NCBI GenBank assembly: GCA_016933575.1
Contig: JAFGAR010000070.1
Span: 21,755 to 85,754 of the forward strand
Origin: Candidatus Thorarchaeota archaeon
Lineage (GTDB): Archaea; Asgardarchaeota; Thorarchaeia; Thorarchaeales; Thorarchaeaceae
DNA length: 64,000 nucleotides
Reading direction: 5' to 3'
Each line of letters starts with the position of its first letter. Positions within the stretch are counted from its first letter, which is position 1. This document shows positions 60,204 to 64,000 of this stretch, one piece after another. The translations under genes and the position numbers were made by a program. The notes beneath the pieces are model-generated. The model was not told the DNA's origin, did not search any database, and saw nothing but the letters and a program-made list of their open reading frames with translations.

Positions 60204-61370
60204 ATGTCACGCTTGGAAGGCGAACTAACGCCAAGTAATCAAATGGAAGGGCACGAATTTACCGTATGGTCCTTATCCATTACGCCTGATGGTCAACGAA
60301 TCGTATCTGGTGGTCAAGATGCAACCATTCGTCTATGGGACTTTGCTACGGGCAGAGAGATTCACCGCTTCATTGGCCATGACGGACCAATATACGGACT
60401 TGTTATCATGCCAGATGGTAAACGATTGGTATCCATAGCTGATAGAGATCTCTCTGTGCGAATATGGGATTTAGAAAAGAAAGAAATGAGAAGTTCTCTT
60501 GCACCTAACTCAGTTCATGTGACTTGTGTTGCGGTCAGTCCAGATCAGAGATTTATTGTCACTGGTGGAGATGATGGACTTGCGAGATATTGGGATCTTG
60601 ATAGGGGTGTCTTACTAAGAACTTCTGACCATGAACATGGTATCTACAAAATGCTAGTAAGTCCTGATGGTCGATATCTACTCTCAGGAAGTAAACGCGT
60701 TCCAGGCACCCGTGATCCCGGAGTTGTATGGATCTGGGATTTTGAACTGGGCGTTCTACTAAGAACTTTGGAAGGTCATAACGGTCATGTGACTGCATTA
60801 TCAATGACAGCTGACTCTCGGTACATACTCTCAGGTGACCAGGATGGTGTTGTTCGGCTCTGGGATTTAGAGACTGGTACTCTCCTAAAGACGATGACAG
60901 GACATCATGCTCCTATTCTTACTATCCACATTACAGCTGATAGCCAACACGTAATTACTGGTTCAACTGATGGTACTGTTCGAGTCTGGGTTCTTCGAGG
61001 AGGAGTTCTTCTTGCAAATCTAAAACATACTGAGAACATTCACTCAATGACAGTCACTCCAGATGGAAGCCATGTAATCACAGGCTCTATGGATGGCTTG
61101 GTAGAGATTTGGGACTTCGAGAGGGATAGTATCTGGATAGATACCTCCAAGGAACGAGCAGAGGAAGCGCGTGCAGAACTTGAAGCCTTTCGCATGGTCC
61201 AGATGAAGAAGATAACGACTCGGTATGAGACCCTCCCCCTTGACCGACTTACCACCCTCCTACGCTTCAAAACCTTGGAGGAACTGGAAGATTGGTTATT
61301 GGAGCTTCCACCAGAAATTCCTGTAAAAATCGATGGCCCAGATTTAGTCATCAAAAAGGAAGTGTCCTAA
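60204..61370 (+). CDS. WD40 beta-propeller protein with C-terminal PCI-like winged helix
   Basis: ~7 GH...SG..D.TIRLWD repeats; C-terminal RYETLPLDRLTTLLRF...EELEDWL...VKIDG. Confidence 0.85.
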   Translation: MSRLEGELTPSNQMEGHEFTVWSLSITPDGQRIVSGGQDATIRLWDFATGREIHRFIGHDGPIYGLVIMPDGKRLVSIADRDLSVRIWDLEKKEMRSSLAPNSVHVTCVAVSPDQRFIVTGGDDGLARYWDLDRGVLLRTSDHEHGIYKMLVSPDGRYLLSGSKRVPGTRDPGVVWIWDFELGVLLRTLEGHNGHVTALSMTADSRYILSGDQDGVVRLWDLETGTLLKTMTGHHAPILTIHITADSQHVITGSTDGTVRVWVLRGGVLLANLKHTENIHSMTVTPDGSHVITGSMDGLVEIWDFERDSIWIDTSKERAEEARAELEAFRMVQMKKITTRYETLPLDRLTTLLRFKTLEELEDWLLELPPEIPVKIDGPDLVIKKEVS

Positions 61371-61502
61371 GGCAACTACCTAATGGATTGGTACGAGAGA
61401 TCTTCCAACAAGAAATATTATCGTTTCTTTTTAATATGCTAATATGGATTCATTGCAATTATCTTTTTAAAATGATAATAATCGGAATTATTGATTACCT
61501 TG

Positions 61503-62312
61503 ATGCGCAAGAAATTGTCTCTGATATTACTAGCTGGTTCCATTTTTGCCCTGATGGTCGCAACTCCTCAAGTGACACCAGTCAGTGCGTTGCAGATGGA
61601 GTATTTCCCGCTAGCTCCTGGTAACTATAACATCTTCAATTCAACCAACGATCAAGGAACATGGATGACTAAGCGATATGTTGGTAATGAATGGGAGTTC
61701 CTTGGCGGTCCGTATGGTGTCTTCACAGTCTATTGGTGCGAGGCTCATATGATGCCTGGCGAGACCAACTATACATGGAAGAACCAGATGTGGCTCTCAA
61801 AGACTTCAGACACTCTTGTCTGGTGGGGTTTTGAAGATGAGAATGCAAAGATAACTGCCAGCAGTGGATTGAATTATGTTACAGAACCAGTGACCGCTGG
61901 TGCAATACATAGTGGTTCAACAACTGGCACACTCATTCTCAAGGCAAGTGAAACTTCAATGCCTGGAGTGCCATTCTCCGCTAATTACACAATTGAGGCA
62001 ATTGAGAGTGTAACAGTTCCTGCAGGTACATTTGATGATTGTATCAGAATCCACGAAGAAGAGATTACACCAGATGGTGCAGTAAGTTTCTGGGTCTGGT
62101 ATGCACCAAATATCGGTGCTGTTCAATACCATTATCCTGATCAAGAAGACCGTTGGGACAGACTTGTTGATTATGGTGTTGACCTTGAAAACGATCCATG
62201 GGATAGTTGGTTCATGCCAAGTGTACCTTCAATCATGATGATTGCCACAGTCGTTGGTGCACTTCTCATTGCAGTCATTGCTATTGTGGTAGTAATCCAT
62301 AAAAGACGGTAA
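61503..62312 (+). CDS. secreted, C-terminally anchored beta-rich protein
   Basis: signal peptide MRKKLSL..., YFPLAPG, ESVTVPAGTF, WYAPNIG.V, C-terminal TM + KRR. Confidence 0.75.
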   Translation: MRKKLSLILLAGSIFALMVATPQVTPVSALQMEYFPLAPGNYNIFNSTNDQGTWMTKRYVGNEWEFLGGPYGVFTVYWCEAHMMPGETNYTWKNQMWLSKTSDTLVWWGFEDENAKITASSGLNYVTEPVTAGAIHSGSTTGTLILKASETSMPGVPFSANYTIEAIESVTVPAGTFDDCIRIHEEEITPDGAVSFWVWYAPNIGAVQYHYPDQEDRWDRLVDYGVDLENDPWDSWFMPSVPSIMMIATVVGALLIAVIAIVVVIHKRR

Positions 62313-62319
62313 TAATTCA

Positions 62320-62352
62320 GGGGGGCGCTCACCTCCCACCCTCTCTTTTTCC
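62320..62352 (+). terminator. hairpin plus pyrimidine tract
   Basis: GGGGGG/CCTCCC stem then ACCCTCTCTTTTTCC. Confidence 0.5.
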
Positions 62353-62399
62353 TCAGTCCTAATTTTTTCTAGCCTCTCACATTGTCTATTTTTCAGAAA

Positions 62400-62517
62400 A
62401 TTAAAAGGAATATGGGCCTGGCAAAGAGAAAAATTTAGGGAAAGTAGGTTCCTACTGATGTAGGAAGTATTCGCGTGGTTAGGAGGGGAGTTTGAAGCTC
62501 TCTCAACCAGACCCTAC
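62400..62517 (-). ncRNA. putative structured small RNA (copy 2 of C-rich-motif family)
   Basis: closing stem GGGUCUGG/CCAGGCCC (U-G pair only on the minus strand); AACUCCCCUCCUAACCACGCGA; hairpin TTCCTAC/GTAGGAA; TATA-like CTTAATA 62545-62539; T-rich end. Confidence 0.6.
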
Positions 62518-62643
62518 GAGTATGTTATTTCGATTGCATATTAAGTATTTAGTTAGGTACATTTGGAAAAATTAAGCCTCAAAATCACGCCAATACGAGC
62601 CATCTAGGACAATTAATAAAAAAGGAATTGAATTGTGTGTATG

Positions 62644-62781
62644 AAAAAATGTTAGGATTCGATTCGAAATCAGAATATGCTGCTTTTGGCAACATATCTT
62701 AATCGCGTGGTTCCCCCGGAGAAGCTGAATGCTGCTCTGTTTAGGAGGGGAGATTAAAGAAGTCAATGAATCGAATCCTAT
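62644..62781 (-). ncRNA. putative structured small RNA (copy 3 of C-rich-motif family)
   Basis: perfect 13-bp inverted repeat 62653-62665/62768-62780; CUCCCCUCCUAA and AACCACGCGA motifs; hairpin with minus-strand U-G pair; TATA TTTATTAA 62808-62801; T6 end. Confidence 0.65.
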
Positions 62782-62898
62782 CGATTCTCAAATTTGTTGT
62801 TTAATAAATCTATTTTTATGGTATAAATTAGAAACATTATAGATTGAAGCCATAGCAAAACTAGTGTCCACTAATTATGGGGAAATGCACAGTTTGTA

Positions 62899-63258
62899 CT
62901 AATACCCCCATTCCTGCCCTAATCTCTGTCTGTACCAGCGTTGGCCTTTCTTTGTCAGGGACCATTGACCTTGAATTTCATTGAGATAACCAATCTCCAT
63001 CATATCATCTAAAACACCGAAGAGTCTGTCTTCTGATGCTCCAGTAGCCTTTTGGAGCGCAGCAAAGTTCATTTTTCCATTTCTCTTCAGATGTTGTGCG
63101 ATCTCGAACTTGCCAACAGCTTTAGTTTCAGTACGGGTTACTATGTGTCCGCAGTTTGTGCAAAGAAGATCACCTTTGAGATCATCTCGTGCGACTTCCT
63201 TACCTCCACAGATTGGGCAGGTTGCCTGTGAAAATCTGAGTGAACGTCTGTGGGACAT
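62899..63258 (-). CDS. TFIIB-type zinc ribbon + winged-helix protein
   Basis: CPICG...D..KGDLLCTNCGHIV; wHTH ending WSLTKKG. Confidence 0.75.
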   Translation of the reverse strand: MSHRRSLRFSQATCPICGGKEVARDDLKGDLLCTNCGHIVTRTETKAVGKFEIAQHLKRNGKMNFAALQKATGASEDRLFGVLDDMMEIGYLNEIQGQWSLTKKGQRWYRQRLGQEWGY

Positions 63259-63332
63259 GATTTTTGACCATATTCTCCCGGTATGGAACCTTGATAAAAC
63301 TAACGAAGACGCAACGCTTTATCTTTTCATTT

Positions 63333-63839
63333 CTAGCTCTCTACTAGTTCTTTAAAGAATGATTCATAGTCTATCTCAAAGGGTACCCTATTACCAAGGC
63401 GGACTTGTTTTTTATCCTGATGGATTTCCACATATCCTGAACCCTGCAATTCTCTGAGGTCATCCATGACACCTCTCAGTGCTTTCTTCCTAAACTCGCG
63501 AACTCGGTTTATGCTGACCCAGCCGCCTTCCTGATACGCCAATGTGATAACAATCAGGAGCGTTGCAGCAAGCCTATCCGGCAATGATGTACCATCCTGT
63601 TGAAGCTTGACATCATCAGAAGTGTCTAAATAGAAAACACCCGCAACTGGATTGTGTCTAACAAAGAGACCAATCTCACTTACTTTTTCGTGTAGGCTCG
63701 CTAACCGCTTGAATAGTATATGTCTACCAGTATCTTCAGGAAGTCCAAGCGCATCAAGCATGTCATCTACACTTGCTCCAATGGGTGTACCAGTTCTGGT
63801 CAAGAGTTTGATGAGGATGGCGTACTCGTTCATTATCAA
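63333..63839 (-). CDS. tandem winged-helix KITE-like protein (ScpB/Nse1/Nse3-MAGE-like)
   Basis: two wHTH; L..IGLFV.....FYL, ATLLIVITL, L...GYVE...VRLGNRVPFEID. Confidence 0.6.
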   Translation of the reverse strand: MIMNEYAILIKLLTRTGTPIGASVDDMLDALGLPEDTGRHILFKRLASLHEKVSEIGLFVRHNPVAGVFYLDTSDDVKLQQDGTSLPDRLAATLLIVITLAYQEGGWVSINRVREFRKKALRGVMDDLRELQGSGYVEIHQDKKQVRLGNRVPFEIDYESFFKELVES

Positions 63840-64000
63840 CTCGGACTGTGTGTGATTGCTGTATAAAGTCTAACCTTTTGATAAGATAATAGCGCCTTCT
63901 AGCTAGTCACAAAATGTGACTCTCTATTGTGACCCTCACAAGTGGCTTCGCTATATATACTAATTCTGAGCAGTATCTCTTGTGAACTATTATGGCTCTA

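Noticed and set aside
62572-62766. 64-aa minus-strand ORF
   Set aside because: It has a TTG start inside the structured element, no protein motifs, and crosses the T6 terminator.
62492-62804. Small + strand ORFs after AGGAGG (TTG 62492, ATG 62766)
   Set aside because: The peptides are unrelated to each other, SD spacing is inconsistent, and TATA, terminator and wobble pairs point to the minus strand. Not fully excluded.
23-63855. Numerous 60-160 aa ORFs overlapping long genes
   Set aside because: They are antisense or alternate-frame shadows of well-supported CDSs and have no recognisable motifs.
1-64000. CRISPR array, rRNA, transposase or integrase
   Set aside because: No regularly spaced repeats, rRNA-like sequence or recombinase motifs were seen by eye.

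Overview
This 64-kb window is gene-dense archaeal DNA, most likely from an Asgard archaeon of the Thorarchaeia type. That assignment is inferred from the longin-domain proteins, ZPR1, DUF2070, DUF2299, the thiolase/DUF35 pair and a tRNA with a bulge-helix-bulge intron. Housekeeping and metabolic genes include acyl-CoA dehydrogenase, thiolase+DUF35, porDAB, a LeuA-family synthase, ubiX, a PadR-ABC exporter cluster and a K+-independent H+-PPase. Many proteins carry eukaryote-like domains. Highlights: (1) three unannotated ~100-130 nt putative ncRNA genes on the minus strand (about 2100-2205, 62400-62517 and 62644-62781). Each has a TATA-like box about 22 nt upstream, a closing stem, a shared CUCCCCUCCUA motif resembling the anti-Shine-Dalgarno, and a pyrimidine-rich end. 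(2) A 1.45-kb integrase-less island at tRNA-Ala(UGC), bounded by a 25-bp att repeat, which pairs a Pycsar-type membrane effector with a SatD-family cyclase-fold protein. (3) Two tandem paralogs built from 8 alternating Cys3His metal-binding modules plus adaptin-appendage-like domains. (4) Two giant surface receptors with a shared ectodomain head but different cytoplasmic outputs (longin versus wHTH). (5) Three predicted pseudoenzymes (LarA-like, SAMHD1-like HD, M28), a MAGE/Nse-like KITE protein, a WD40-PCI protein and an unannotated 35-aa zinc finger. All family assignments come from motif recognition by eye; no database searches were run.
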